64,000 nucleotides of DNA from the IMG/VR virus record IMGVR_UViG_3300021561_000002, positions 1 through 64,000 of that record, one strand, 5' to 3'. The number at the start of each line of letters is the position of its first letter. The first letter of the stretch is position 1. This stretch comes from a virus. Taxonomy: Duplodnaviria > Caudoviricetes. Positions 33,630 through 43,429 of this stretch are shown here, piece after piece. The notes under the pieces were generated by a model. That model was not told where the DNA came from, did no database searches, and saw only the letters and a list, made by a program, of their open reading frames with translations. A program made the translations under genes and the position numbers.

Positions 33630-34604
33630 ATGGTCTCACAACAAGACATCATCGCTGGCCTTCAAAGTCTTTTGAATGGTGCCAGCAAGCAGGGGCGTCA
33701 CGTCCGCCACGCCGGTCAAACGACCGTCGAGGAGCGTCTCGCCAAGTCTCGCAACGAACTGCGTAAGGAAGCGCAGTTGACTCAAGCCTTGCAGTCCCCG
33801 GCCGGTCTGACGAAAATCGCCGCTAACATGGCGAACCCCGTCCGATTCCGCCTGGACTACAAGGGCATCTTCCGCAAGTTCGCCATCGTCGAGCAGATGC
33901 CGGACGGCGTGCCTCTCATCTACGACAAGGACCAGCCTTTGGCCCCTGCCGTTAAGGTGGGCAAGTACGGCTCCCCCGGTCTCATCGAGATGGTGGGCAA
34001 GCGTGTGGAACTGGAACCCTTCGAGATTGCGTCGAGGGTCAAGGTTCCCTACGCCGAGCTTTACAACCGTCGCTATCGGGCTTTGGACCGGGCGAAGGAC
34101 CGTCTCATCGAGGGCATGGAACTCCGTGAGGACCTCATCGGGTTCGGGCTCTTGGAAGCGGCTTCCGCTTTGTCCAACGTGCCGGTGGTCAACGTCGGTC
34201 TTCCGTTCGACCGTGACCTGATGGCCCGTGGTTTCGCTCAGGTCGAGAAGAACCGTCTCCCCGTGGGTGCGGTTCTCATGTCGCCCTTTGCGACGATGGG
34301 CATCCGTCGTCTGACGTTCCAGACCCTCGACCAAGTGGGGATGCAGGAAGTCCGGGAGACCGGCTACCTGGGTTCCTATTGGGGGGCGGACTTCTATGTC
34401 ACGGACCAAATCCCGCAAGGGACCGCCTACGCTTTGACCACGCCGAAGTATCTGGCGTGGATGCCGATTCGCAAAGATGTCGATGTCATCCCGGCGGATG
34501 ACCCCGACAACCTGCGTTTGGGCTTCGTCGGCTACGAGTTGCTCGGCATGACCGTGTTCAACTCGTTGGGCGTCGAGAAGATGACGTTCGACCCGACCGT
34601 GTAA
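33630..34604 (+). CDS. Major capsid protein (HK97 fold)
   Basis: 324 aa; MANPVRFRLDYKGIFRK...IYDKD...FEIASRVKV...RRY..LDRA...ED...F.LL pattern of large-myovirus MCPs; AGGAGG RBS; followed by a hairpin. Confidence 0.85.
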   Translation: MVSQQDIIAGLQSLLNGASKQGRHVRHAGQTTVEERLAKSRNELRKEAQLTQALQSPAGLTKIAANMANPVRFRLDYKGIFRKFAIVEQMPDGVPLIYDKDQPLAPAVKVGKYGSPGLIEMVGKRVELEPFEIASRVKVPYAELYNRRYRALDRAKDRLIEGMELREDLIGFGLLEAASALSNVPVVNVGLPFDRDLMARGFAQVEKNRLPVGAVLMSPFATMGIRRLTFQTLDQVGMQEVRETGYLGSYWGADFYVTDQIPQGTAYALTTPKYLAWMPIRKDVDVIPADDPDNLRLGFVGYELLGMTVFNSLGVEKMTFDPTV

Positions 34605-34630
34605 TAGCGGTTGGTGAAGTAACTGAAGGA

Positions 34631-34660
34631 CGGGGGAGGAAACCCCTCCCCCGCCTCTTT
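34631..34660 (+). terminator. Putative intrinsic terminator after the MCP gene
   Basis: cgggggagg-aaacc-cctcccccg stem-loop followed by cctcttt. Confidence 0.6.
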
Positions 34661-34695
34661 CAGAGGATGGAAAACAACGTTCAGGGAGAACGAAC

Positions 34696-35244
34696 ATGAA
34701 GACGTATACGGTGGAAGAACTGAAGAAGGTCGAGTGGGTGCAGAACATCTCCGGTGGGCTTGCGTATCTCGGCGACCTGTCGGAGGACGGCAAAGAGGGC
34801 AAGGGCGTCACCCTTCGCCCGGACGAGATTCTCGAACTGAAGACCGTCGTGAGCGAAGAGGCGAAGTTGCGGTCGAAGAGCCTCAAGAAGGGCCTGGAAG
34901 GTTTCCCAGGCGATATGGGATTTGCCCCCGTCGCTCCGTGTCTCCGGGCCATCAGCGGGCCGAAAGACACGAACATCATCAAGACGGCGCTGAAGGGGAG
35001 CCTCATCGACAAGGGTTCTCCGAAGACCCGTGAGAAGAACATCTTCGACGTGACTCTCATGGAGCAGAACCTCAAGGAACTGCGTGACGAGTTGGAGACC
35101 ACGCAGGACGCCGGTAAGCGTGCCGTCTTGGAGACCACCATCTCTCAGATGGAGAATAGCATTGCGGAACTGAAGAAGGCTACCCCGACTGGCGTGGAGG
35201 CCAACGTGGTCGTCCTTCCCAACGACGAGGCGGGCGTGCTGTAA
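34696..35244 (+). CDS. Virion-associated protein with a shared N-terminal domain and a coiled coil
   Basis: VQNISGGLAYLGDL...VTLRPDEILEL...SKSLKKGL; GGGAG RBS. Confidence 0.65.
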   Translation: MKTYTVEELKKVEWVQNISGGLAYLGDLSEDGKEGKGVTLRPDEILELKTVVSEEAKLRSKSLKKGLEGFPGDMGFAPVAPCLRAISGPKDTNIIKTALKGSLIDKGSPKTREKNIFDVTLMEQNLKELRDELETTQDAGKRAVLETTISQMENSIAELKKATPTGVEANVVVLPNDEAGVL

Positions 35245-35258
35245 GAAGAAACCAGGGT

Positions 35259-35288
35259 CTCCCCCGGAGCAATCCGGGGGAGGTTCTT
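35259..35288 (+). terminator. Putative terminator hairpin with a GCAA tetraloop
   Basis: ctcccccgga-gcaa-tccgggggag followed by gttctt. Confidence 0.6.
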
Positions 35289-35305
35289 AGGTCAAGGAGA
35301 GCGGA

Positions 35306-35632
35306 ATGAGCGTGGCAATCGGAAGCCTCAAAATCGACGAGACGTTCACGGGGGTCGAAACGAAATACTCGTTGCCCCTGAACCTGTCCGGCCGTACCGC
35401 CGGGGACCTTGTTGGTCTCGCCGAAACGGCCAACGTGGTCGTGACGCTAGAGGTTTCTTCCGATAACGAAGCCGGTACATATACGGGCATGGGGGCCGCC
35501 GTGACTTTCGTGGCCGGTACTCCGAACAAACTCTCCATCTCCGAGTTGCACGGGTGGGTGAGGTTCAAGATGGTGTCGGCTGGCAATGCGACTTTGAAGG
35601 CGACGTACCGCTCGAATCCCGTTGCTCAGTAA
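35306..35632 (+). CDS. Small beta-rich structural protein
   Basis: AAGGAG RBS; 108 aa. Confidence 0.6.
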   Translation: MSVAIGSLKIDETFTGVETKYSLPLNLSGRTAGDLVGLAETANVVVTLEVSSDNEAGTYTGMGAAVTFVAGTPNKLSISELHGWVRFKMVSAGNATLKATYRSNPVAQ

Positions 35633-35644
35633 GAAGGTGGCATA

Positions 35645-36364
35645 ATGGCCGCTCCCTCAAAGCCGTCTATCATTAGTGTTAATTTTTATTACGTAGATGG
35701 TCTTCGTCAAGGAGATGCCGGGGGGTCGGCGAGCCTTAATGCGGTCGTCTATGCCCCTGGCTCTACGTGGGCGATGCTTTACATTAGGCGCAGTCCCGAG
35801 AAGCCATTTGAATATGTTGGGGCATCTAGGACTGGATTTGGTGCGGGTGCTAATTCCGATAGGGCTATCTTCTCGAAGTATTTTCAGCTTCTTGAGAGCC
35901 CCTCGGCGGAGTTCAAGTGCGTCGCATACTCATCGGAGACGGAAGCCTCTGAGGAGAGCGATATTTTTACGGCGACGGTCGATGACATTCTCCCTCTTCC
36001 TAAAACTCCGATAAATTTGTCGGCAGTACAGCAATCCGGGAATCTTGTGAAGGTCTCTTGGAACGAAGTCACCTATAACACGATTGCGGTTGGAATTTTG
36101 AGGGGCGAAGACGAATTTGGTGACGACGCCATTATGATTGGATACGCAAACGGTGAAAACAAAAATTTCGACACTCTCGATAATTTCTTCGTTGACCCGA
36201 CGTGTGAATACGGAAAAACGTACTACTACTGGGTGTGGGCCGAAGGGATTAAGATTGGCTACTTTTCTAATCAGACCGCTGACATCTGTTCCGTTACTCT
36301 TAGTGACGCTCCTCCCATGCCTCCGGTGCCTCCTGCGCCAACAAACTTGAGGGTCGGTGCGTAA
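35645..36364 (+). CDS. Fibronectin type III (FN3)-like domain protein
   Basis: PKTPINLSA...VKVSW...YYYWVWA. Confidence 0.7.
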   Translation: MAAPSKPSIISVNFYYVDGLRQGDAGGSASLNAVVYAPGSTWAMLYIRRSPEKPFEYVGASRTGFGAGANSDRAIFSKYFQLLESPSAEFKCVAYSSETEASEESDIFTATVDDILPLPKTPINLSAVQQSGNLVKVSWNEVTYNTIAVGILRGEDEFGDDAIMIGYANGENKNFDTLDNFFVDPTCEYGKTYYYWVWAEGIKIGYFSNQTADICSVTLSDAPPMPPVPPAPTNLRVGA

Positions 36365-36666
36365 TGGAAACCGTCATCATTCAATGGGATACGGTGAGCG
36401 GGGCGGAAAGCTACAACGTTTACCGCTCGACGGACTCTCTTGACATCGGAACGAAAATCAACGCCTCTCCCGTTCTTCCTTCGGGCGGTGCCGTGGAGTC
36501 TTATACTGACTCCGCCGCATCTGGTATGGTATATTTTTATCGGGTGACTACCTTAATCAGCGGTATGGAATCCCTGCCGTCGTCGGCCTTGAGGGTCTCA
36601 GTCGGGTCTCCTCAAGACATCACCCCGAGACAAGCTACCATCATCGGCATCGAGACAAGGGGATAA
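36364..36666 (+). CDS. Single FN3-like domain protein
   Basis: IIQWDTVSGAESYNVYRS...YFYRVTT...ES.PS. Confidence 0.7.
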   Translation: METVIIQWDTVSGAESYNVYRSTDSLDIGTKINASPVLPSGGAVESYTDSAASGMVYFYRVTTLISGMESLPSSALRVSVGSPQDITPRQATIIGIETRG

Positions 36667-36670
36667 GGCC

Positions 36671-37447
36671 ATGAGCATTCTCATCCGTTGGGCCGTCCCC
36701 GAGCGATACGAGGTTGGACCGGACCCCGATGTCCGAAAGGTCATCATCCAAAAGCAGACCGGTGGGTTTGGTGTGTTCGCTCAAATCGCTGAAATCGACG
36801 CCACGAGCGATGGGCTCGCCAAGAGTGCGACGAATACGTGGGTCAGCGAGTACGAGGACGCCACGGGAACCATCACCGATATGTATCGAGTGGCCTTCAA
36901 AGACGCCTCTGGACGAATCGGCACGTTTTCTGTTCCTGGGTCCGGTGGTTACTTGAGTCGTATCCACGAGGTCATGGACCTCGTTCGGTACGACCTCGGA
37001 GATATGGACCCGTCCTTCTATCAACTCGATTCCATAACTCAAAACAAATGGACCGGAACGCAGTTGTATATGTGGCTCCGTGCGGCCATCAACGATTTCA
37101 ACGGCTCCGGGTCGATGGTCACGAACTACACGTGGGACACGTTGCCGGAAGATGCGATTCCCGTCATCGAGGAAGCTGTTAAATGCCGGGCGCTGTTCGA
37201 GCGGGCAACCAAGGAAGTTCCGAACGTTCTCGACTATAATGACGGTGTGAGTTTCAGGATTACGAACCGCCCCGCCGATTACAGGGCCATGAAGGACGAG
37301 GCTTGCCGATACTTCATGGAGAAGGTCAAGATGTGGAAACTGTCTCACCGGCCGAGAGCAATCGGTCTCGGGAGTCAGAGGTTGCCTTTCCGGGTCACGA
37401 GACCCCTTTCGATGTTGCCTAACATGAGCAATACCTTTGGACTGTAA
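36671..37447 (+). CDS. Head-tail adaptor (neck) protein
   Basis: Position after the capsid genes; helical C-terminal domain VRYDLGD...WLRAAINDFN...PVIEEAVKCRAL; beta-rich N-terminal extension. Confidence 0.55.
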   Translation: MSILIRWAVPERYEVGPDPDVRKVIIQKQTGGFGVFAQIAEIDATSDGLAKSATNTWVSEYEDATGTITDMYRVAFKDASGRIGTFSVPGSGGYLSRIHEVMDLVRYDLGDMDPSFYQLDSITQNKWTGTQLYMWLRAAINDFNGSGSMVTNYTWDTLPEDAIPVIEEAVKCRALFERATKEVPNVLDYNDGVSFRITNRPADYRAMKDEACRYFMEKVKMWKLSHRPRAIGLGSQRLPFRVTRPLSMLPNMSNTFGL

Positions 37448-37458
37448 GGAGATTTGAA

Positions 37459-38022
37459 ATGGGAATCCGAGTGAAGGGCATGGTTGACCCGAAGGTCGTT
37501 ATCTATGACCTCGGTGGCATTTCGATTTACAAAGACCAAGTGGTTGAACTGACGGCTGTTCAGTTCAATGGGAGCCCCAACACTCAGGCGATGGTGGCCG
37601 GTGGCGTCCTGAGTGTCGTCATCGACGCCGTGACCCCTCCGCACGTGGACCCGTCCATCTCGGACGTTGACCAATCCTTCAACTTGAGGAACGGTGTGGT
37701 CGAGCAAGCCCACATGAGCGATTCCCTCATGCTCGTCCTTCAGAGTGCGGAGAACGTTGTTTTCAATCCGGCCACGACCATCTTTTCGTCCGCCGACGTT
37801 CAGGCTCTCGGGGTGGAGTTGAGCACGCTCCTTGCGGATACCGGTGCCCTGGACTTGAAGTACAACCTTTCGGCCTCCGTGGCTCCTGGTGTGGACGACG
37901 ATGGCACGGATGGTTACTCGAAGGGGTCTCGCTGGTATCATGATGACGGCATGGGGACGCAGGACGAATACGTGTGCCTCTCCAACGTCACGGGTGCCGC
38001 TGTGTGGAAGAAGACGACGTAA
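37459..38022 (+). CDS. Virion protein with a shared N-terminal domain
   Basis: VVIYDLGGISI...VELT N-terminus; C-terminal GYSKGSRWY...YVC..N.TGAAVW fibre-like motif. Confidence 0.6.
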   Translation: MGIRVKGMVDPKVVIYDLGGISIYKDQVVELTAVQFNGSPNTQAMVAGGVLSVVIDAVTPPHVDPSISDVDQSFNLRNGVVEQAHMSDSLMLVLQSAENVVFNPATTIFSSADVQALGVELSTLLADTGALDLKYNLSASVAPGVDDDGTDGYSKGSRWYHDDGMGTQDEYVCLSNVTGAAVWKKTT

Positions 38023-38032
38023 GGAGAGAGCC

Positions 38033-38278
38033 ATGCAGTTCAAGATGCCGATGGCCCGTGAGGGCAAGAAAGAACCCGAGGTCTTCATCCCGTCGGTGGT
38101 AAGGGCCGCCAGGGCGACGGTTTTCATCTCAGACCTTGAGAAGCCCCTGAACATCCCGGCCGACAGGCCGACGAACATCGCGGGGCTCCGCTCGCTGAAG
38201 GAGCTTCAGAGGAGCCGTGTCTTGAAGAAGGCGCTGAAGATGGGTATGGTCGTTGAGGCCAAAGAACAAATCCTGTAA
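38033..38278 (+). CDS. Small protein consisting mainly of the shared domain
   Basis: AAGGAG RBS, ATG 38033; VFISDL...LNIP...SRVLKKALKMG. Confidence 0.6.
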   Translation: MQFKMPMAREGKKEPEVFIPSVVRAARATVFISDLEKPLNIPADRPTNIAGLRSLKELQRSRVLKKALKMGMVVEAKEQIL

Positions 38279-38287
38279 GAGGTCGTC

Positions 38288-41200
38288 ATGTCCGATGTGG
38301 TTCTGAGGGGCAAGACACTTCCTGCGGTCAATATCTACGACCTTGACCCGGAAATCATTGTCCATTACGAAGAAGAAGTGACGCTGACTCTCGACCAGTA
38401 TGTGTCGAGCCCGGTGGCGCAGAGGTATGTCGAGACGAACCTCTTGCAGATGCTTTCCGGCCCGTCGATTCTTCCTCGTACTGTTCTCGACACGGATGTT
38501 GACCCTCAGACGTTCAATCTTCGTCAGCACGTCGTTGATTGGGACAACATATCAGTAAGCCTTCAGTCGTTGCTCTCCGTATTGTCGCTTAACTATTATT
38601 GGTTGAGCGACCCGAGATTCACGGAAGACCCGCTGACCGATACCATTTCGTTCGGTAACGCCGTCCTTCTTTACGGAAGCGAGCCTTATGCCCTTTCCGC
38701 TGGCTCCATTGGTCCTGCGACAGAAGATTCCATCATCGTTGGTACTGCTAACCTCCTCAATACCCTGTCGCTTCGATTTGAGCCGATGGGCTATATCCCG
38801 GCGCCCGTCAACGAACTCGTCATTGGCGCCTACGATTTCACGCTGAAGCGTGGGGTGTTCCCCCGTAGCATCTCCGTGGAGGCTCGTGACGTTGCATACG
38901 ATAGTTCGACAAGCCTCATTCCGGCGACGACCGTTCAGGGGGCCATCGACTACATTGTAGGGATGTCCGCTTCGTCTCTTGGGACGAACGAGGCTTCGTG
39001 GTCGGTCAACCTTGACCGGACGGCCGACCCAACGCTGAGTCTGTTTTTCCGTCGGAACTCCCTGTCGGGAGACCCGGCGCTCCGATGGATTGAGGCGGCG
39101 AACCGCCTTTACCTCGACAACCCAATCCCGAACTCTCACCTGTCCATCGACACGACGGGGGTAACGAGTTCCATCGACATCATTTCAGGCGGAAGCCTTG
39201 ACTTGCGAGGGGTCGCTGGTTCTGCGTCTCTCTACGGTTTGACAAGCGCCGTCGTCGGGAGCGAGACGGGCTCCATGACTATCGGAGCCTCCGGCACGGA
39301 TATTGTTTCCGGTGGCTATATGGTTCCAATCGTCGTTTATGCGGCGGACAGCAATGTGCAGGTTCGTGGATACGACTATGTTCAACTGAACAGCACTCAT
39401 GGTCCTATCTACCTGAATGCCGCCACTTCCATTACTGGTACATTCGGTGCCGACGGGATGGGAATGAGCGGCGTCGGCCCGGTCCTTTACAATCATACGG
39501 GTCTCTACACCCACTCTTCCGGCACGGGCTTCTTGTTGCAGAGCCCTCTCTTTAACCTGACCGCCAACGTTGCCGGAACGACGACTCTGAACAGCGGCTC
39601 GAACGACCTCGTGATTCAGGCCGCTACGTATGGCAAGAGTATCACTATCCAGCCCGATGCCAACATCAGCCTGACGCCGGTCTCTGTTGGAGGAAGGGTA
39701 TTTGTCGGGAGAACGATTCTTCCCACGGCGCCTTCCATCGACATCGGCACTACCTTGACTCCCTTCGGGACCTTGTACGCCACGGACATCGTGATTCCGG
39801 GAGGAGTCTTCAAGGCCAACGGTTCCGTGACGGCGACCGGCGACTTCAACTTGGGAACCAAGAAAATCACGAGCATGGGGAATCCCGTGTTGCCCGGGGA
39901 TGCGGTGAACCTCGGGTATCTTCAAGCCTACGTTTCGGGATACGTTTACAAGTCGCCCGTTCGCCTTACGACAACTGCTCCCGGAACCCTCGCCACGGAT
40001 TTCGAGGCCGGAGACCTGATTGACACCAAGGCTCTTGCCCTCGGCGACCGAATCCTTATCAAGGACCAAGTGGACCCCATTGAGAACGGCATCTATACGG
40101 TCAACGCGACCGGAGCACCAACGAGGGCCACGGACGCCGACCAGCCCGGAGAACTCGCTGGTGGCATGACTGTCTTCGTTGAAGACGGTGATGTGAACAA
40201 GAATACCGGGTGGGTCGTTACGTCTGACGGACCCTTGACTCCGGGAACCGACCCTATTGTGTGGGGTCAGATTTTCGGTCCGGGCTCGGTCGTTGCGGGG
40301 AACGGCCTCGGCCAAAGTGGGAATACCCTGTTCGTCAACGTGGGTGCCAGCGGCGGCATTCAAATCGTTACGGATGCCCTCGAAGTCAAGTTGAATGGCT
40401 CGACTCTTCAACTAGGCCCGGCGGGTCTTTCCGTCAACCAGTCATCTCTGTCTTTGAACAGCATCGGCGGGACGCTCGCCGCAAACAAGGGCGGAACGAA
40501 CGCCGATTCGTCCGGGTGGACCGGATTCGTCAAGGTCACGTCCGGCGTTTGGTCCGCTACGTCCATCTCGACGACGGATGTGTCGGAAGGCACACATCTC
40601 TATTACACGGACGAGCGAGTCGATGACCGTGTGGACGGCCTGCTCGTTGCCGGGACCGGTATCCAAAAGGCTTACGACGACCTCCTCGGAACGTTGACTC
40701 TATCCGTCGTTGCCGATACCACGGTCCAGCGCACGAACATCCTGTATGGCGGTTCGGCCATCGGAAGCCGTCCGGCCATCAATTTCATCGCCGGGTCCGG
40801 CATCGGTATGACCGTTACCGACAACATTGGTTCCAACAGGGTCGATGTGACCATTGCGAGCTCCGCTTCCGGTGAATACAACACGGCGTCCAACGTCAAT
40901 GTTGGCGGGGTTGGCGTATTCAATTCCAAGGTCGGCGTGGACCTTCAATTCCGTGGAGTGAATGCGGGTAGCACCAAGGTCGGGGTCACACTCGATACCC
41001 CGAATAATGAAATCGACATTGATGTCAACGAGGCGAACCTTACCCTAAATAATATCGGAGGGACACTTTCAATCACGAAGGGCGGGACGGGTCAAATCAC
41101 GTCTTCGGCGGCTTTCGATGCTCTCGCTCCGACTACGACGCAGGGCGACGTGATTGTTCGCGGGGCGTCTTCCAACGCGAGGCTCGCCATCGGGGCGAAC

Positions 41201-43105
41201 GGAACGTATCTCGGCTCAAACGGGACAACGGCAAGCTGGTCGGTCCCTGCTGGTACGGGCGTTCCTTACTCGGGGGCCACCGGTGCCGTTGACCTGAACA
41301 GCCAGAACCTTACGAACGTCAATAACCTATCCGTGCTTGGGTACATGTATGGCGGCCCGACGGTTGGCGTCTTGACAAACAACGGAACGTACACCTTGAG
41401 TACCATCACCTATGGGACCGGTACGATTGGTGCGGGGTTTATTTTCAACGACATATCCGGGGCAAAACATCTTCTCACGACGTATGGGTACAACCTTACG
41501 TTCTTCAAGCATCGCTCGACGGACTCTACCTACTACCAAACTTTTCAAATCGTCGGGGGTTCAGCGACTTCGATTGGGGCCACGGGCTACAATTTCAACA
41601 TCGGAACGACTACCCCTGTCTCTATTAACTCCACGGGCCAGTTGGTGAGTTCTCTTGCCATCGGCACGGCTCCTTTCCTAGTTACGTCAACGACGGCTGT
41701 GACAAACCTGAACGCCGACCTTCTCGACGGGAATCATGCGTCGGATTTCGAGGATGCTCTAGGGAACCCGGCCTCTGACGGAAGACTCCTTTCTTCCACC
41801 GCCGCCGGAGTGAGAAGTTGGGTGGGTTTCGACCCAGGCTCGAATGGCATCATGGTCAGAACGGCCTTGAACGATACCTCTGCGACCGCAATCGCTCAGG
41901 GAGACCTGTTCTATGGTTCCGCCGCAAATACATTGACCGCTTTAGCGAAGAGCACGACCGCCACCCGTTATCTTTCCAATACGGGGACGACCAATAATCC
42001 CGCCTGGGCTCAAGTCAATCTTACGAACGGCGTTACGGGACTCCTTCCTTTCGCCAACATTGCAGATGGCTCGGCGCTGTCCGTCCTGGGGAGGGCGTCA
42101 AACAGCGCGGGTGTCATGGCTTCGATTGCCGCTGGAACGGACAATCAAGTTCTTCGTCGCTCCGGTACGACCCTCGCGTTTGGCTCCGTGAATCTTGCGT
42201 CGGCCAACGCCGTGACCGGACTTCTTCCTTTCGCGAACATCGCCGACGGCTCGGCGCTCTCGGTCTTCGGAAGAGCGTCCAACTCGTCTGGCGTTCAGGC
42301 TAGTATCGCGGCTGGTACGGATAATCAGGTTCTTCGCCGTTCCGGGACCTCTCTCGCTTTCGGGGCGGTCAACCTTGCCTCCTCGGATGCCGTGACGGGT
42401 GCCCTTGCCATTGCCAACGGTGGTACGGGCCAGACTACGAAGACGGCGGCGATGGATGCCTTGTCTCCGACGACCACCAAGGGCGACCTTCTGGTGGACA
42501 ACGGGACGAACGTGATTCGTGTTGCGGTCGGTACGAACAATCAAGTCCTTACCGCAGATTCGGCTCAAGCGTCGGGCGTCAAGTGGGCGGCGGCTTCTGG
42601 CGGAGCGCACACGTTCGAGGCGTCAAATGCGGCTACCGTGTCGTCTTCCTACGCGATGCTGTCGAAACATTGTATCGACACGAACAACCCTTCAGGGCTT
42701 CCCACGGGCTCTCCGTACACCTATTGGGGCTCCGGCGGCGCTGACCCGTTCCTTGCTGTGGAAGCCATGACAATCACGAAGGCTATGGTTTCGGTTCAAA
42801 CGTGCTGTGTTTCTCAGGATACGGTTGGAGCCACGGCAACTCTACGAATCGACGTGTACCAAGAGGACTACTCATCGCGGACGCTTCTTGGTTCTCTGGA
42901 CTTCTCCATGAATACGGCCAAGGTTCAGACCAGTAATACGCTGTCCGCTACGGATAACGCGCAGTCTGTGGCCCTGACGGGATTGAGCATATCTATTCCG
43001 GCTGGAACCCGGTTTAGTATGCAATTCACGAATCGAAGCGCGGATAACACGCAAATCAACGGGGTTGCGCGTGCCATCTGCCGCTTGTACGCCACTCCGT
43101 CGTAA
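38288..43105 (+). CDS. Long mosaic fibre protein (1605 aa)
   Basis: G/T/S/N-rich; contains the GDRILIKDQ...ENGIY domain, fibre-like xGDLLxxxGxN repeats and a 60-aa internal repeat. Confidence 0.8.
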   Translation: MSDVVLRGKTLPAVNIYDLDPEIIVHYEEEVTLTLDQYVSSPVAQRYVETNLLQMLSGPSILPRTVLDTDVDPQTFNLRQHVVDWDNISVSLQSLLSVLSLNYYWLSDPRFTEDPLTDTISFGNAVLLYGSEPYALSAGSIGPATEDSIIVGTANLLNTLSLRFEPMGYIPAPVNELVIGAYDFTLKRGVFPRSISVEARDVAYDSSTSLIPATTVQGAIDYIVGMSASSLGTNEASWSVNLDRTADPTLSLFFRRNSLSGDPALRWIEAANRLYLDNPIPNSHLSIDTTGVTSSIDIISGGSLDLRGVAGSASLYGLTSAVVGSETGSMTIGASGTDIVSGGYMVPIVVYAADSNVQVRGYDYVQLNSTHGPIYLNAATSITGTFGADGMGMSGVGPVLYNHTGLYTHSSGTGFLLQSPLFNLTANVAGTTTLNSGSNDLVIQAATYGKSITIQPDANISLTPVSVGGRVFVGRTILPTAPSIDIGTTLTPFGTLYATDIVIPGGVFKANGSVTATGDFNLGTKKITSMGNPVLPGDAVNLGYLQAYVSGYVYKSPVRLTTTAPGTLATDFEAGDLIDTKALALGDRILIKDQVDPIENGIYTVNATGAPTRATDADQPGELAGGMTVFVEDGDVNKNTGWVVTSDGPLTPGTDPIVWGQIFGPGSVVAGNGLGQSGNTLFVNVGASGGIQIVTDALEVKLNGSTLQLGPAGLSVNQSSLSLNSIGGTLAANKGGTNADSSGWTGFVKVTSGVWSATSISTTDVSEGTHLYYTDERVDDRVDGLLVAGTGIQKAYDDLLGTLTLSVVADTTVQRTNILYGGSAIGSRPAINFIAGSGIGMTVTDNIGSNRVDVTIASSASGEYNTASNVNVGGVGVFNSKVGVDLQFRGVNAGSTKVGVTLDTPNNEIDIDVNEANLTLNNIGGTLSITKGGTGQITSSAAFDALAPTTTQGDVIVRGASSNARLAIGANGTYLGSNGTTASWSVPAGTGVPYSGATGAVDLNSQNLTNVNNLSVLGYMYGGPTVGVLTNNGTYTLSTITYGTGTIGAGFIFNDISGAKHLLTTYGYNLTFFKHRSTDSTYYQTFQIVGGSATSIGATGYNFNIGTTTPVSINSTGQLVSSLAIGTAPFLVTSTTAVTNLNADLLDGNHASDFEDALGNPASDGRLLSSTAAGVRSWVGFDPGSNGIMVRTALNDTSATAIAQGDLFYGSAANTLTALAKSTTATRYLSNTGTTNNPAWAQVNLTNGVTGLLPFANIADGSALSVLGRASNSAGVMASIAAGTDNQVLRRSGTTLAFGSVNLASANAVTGLLPFANIADGSALSVFGRASNSSGVQASIAAGTDNQVLRRSGTSLAFGAVNLASSDAVTGALAIANGGTGQTTKTAAMDALSPTTTKGDLLVDNGTNVIRVAVGTNNQVLTADSAQASGVKWAAASGGAHTFEASNAATVSSSYAMLSKHCIDTNNPSGLPTGSPYTYWGSGGADPFLAVEAMTITKAMVSVQTCCVSQDTVGATATLRIDVYQEDYSSRTLLGSLDFSMNTAKVQTSNTLSATDNAQSVALTGLSISIPAGTRFSMQFTNRSADNTQINGVARAICRLYATPS

Positions 43106-43174
43106 CGTAAACTGTTTGTAATGTCCCTCGACGAGGAAGGCTCGAAGAGGGACAAAACTTAAAGGAGATGTGAC

Positions 43175-43420
43175 ATGGGCGAGGAAAACAAGTTCGAGGC
43201 CGGTATCCGTGAGACGGTGGAGAAAACGAAGGAGGCGCTCCGACGGCAGTTCAAGGACGCCGAGTACACGGTGGATGAGGTTTCGGTGGTGTTGACGATG
43301 CGTGCCGTCTCGAAGGACGACGAATCCATCGTCCTGCAACAACCCTCCATCGCCATCACGGCCTTCGGGACCGACCATGAGCGTGTCATCAAGGCCAAGC
43401 CGCAGGGCCAGCAGGGGTAA
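43175..43420 (+). CDS. Hypothetical protein
   Basis: AAGGAG RBS; 81 aa. Confidence 0.6.
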   Translation: MGEENKFEAGIRETVEKTKEALRRQFKDAEYTVDEVSVVLTMRAVSKDDESIVLQQPSIAITAFGTDHERVIKAKPQGQQG

Positions 43421-43429
43421 GAGGACGGG

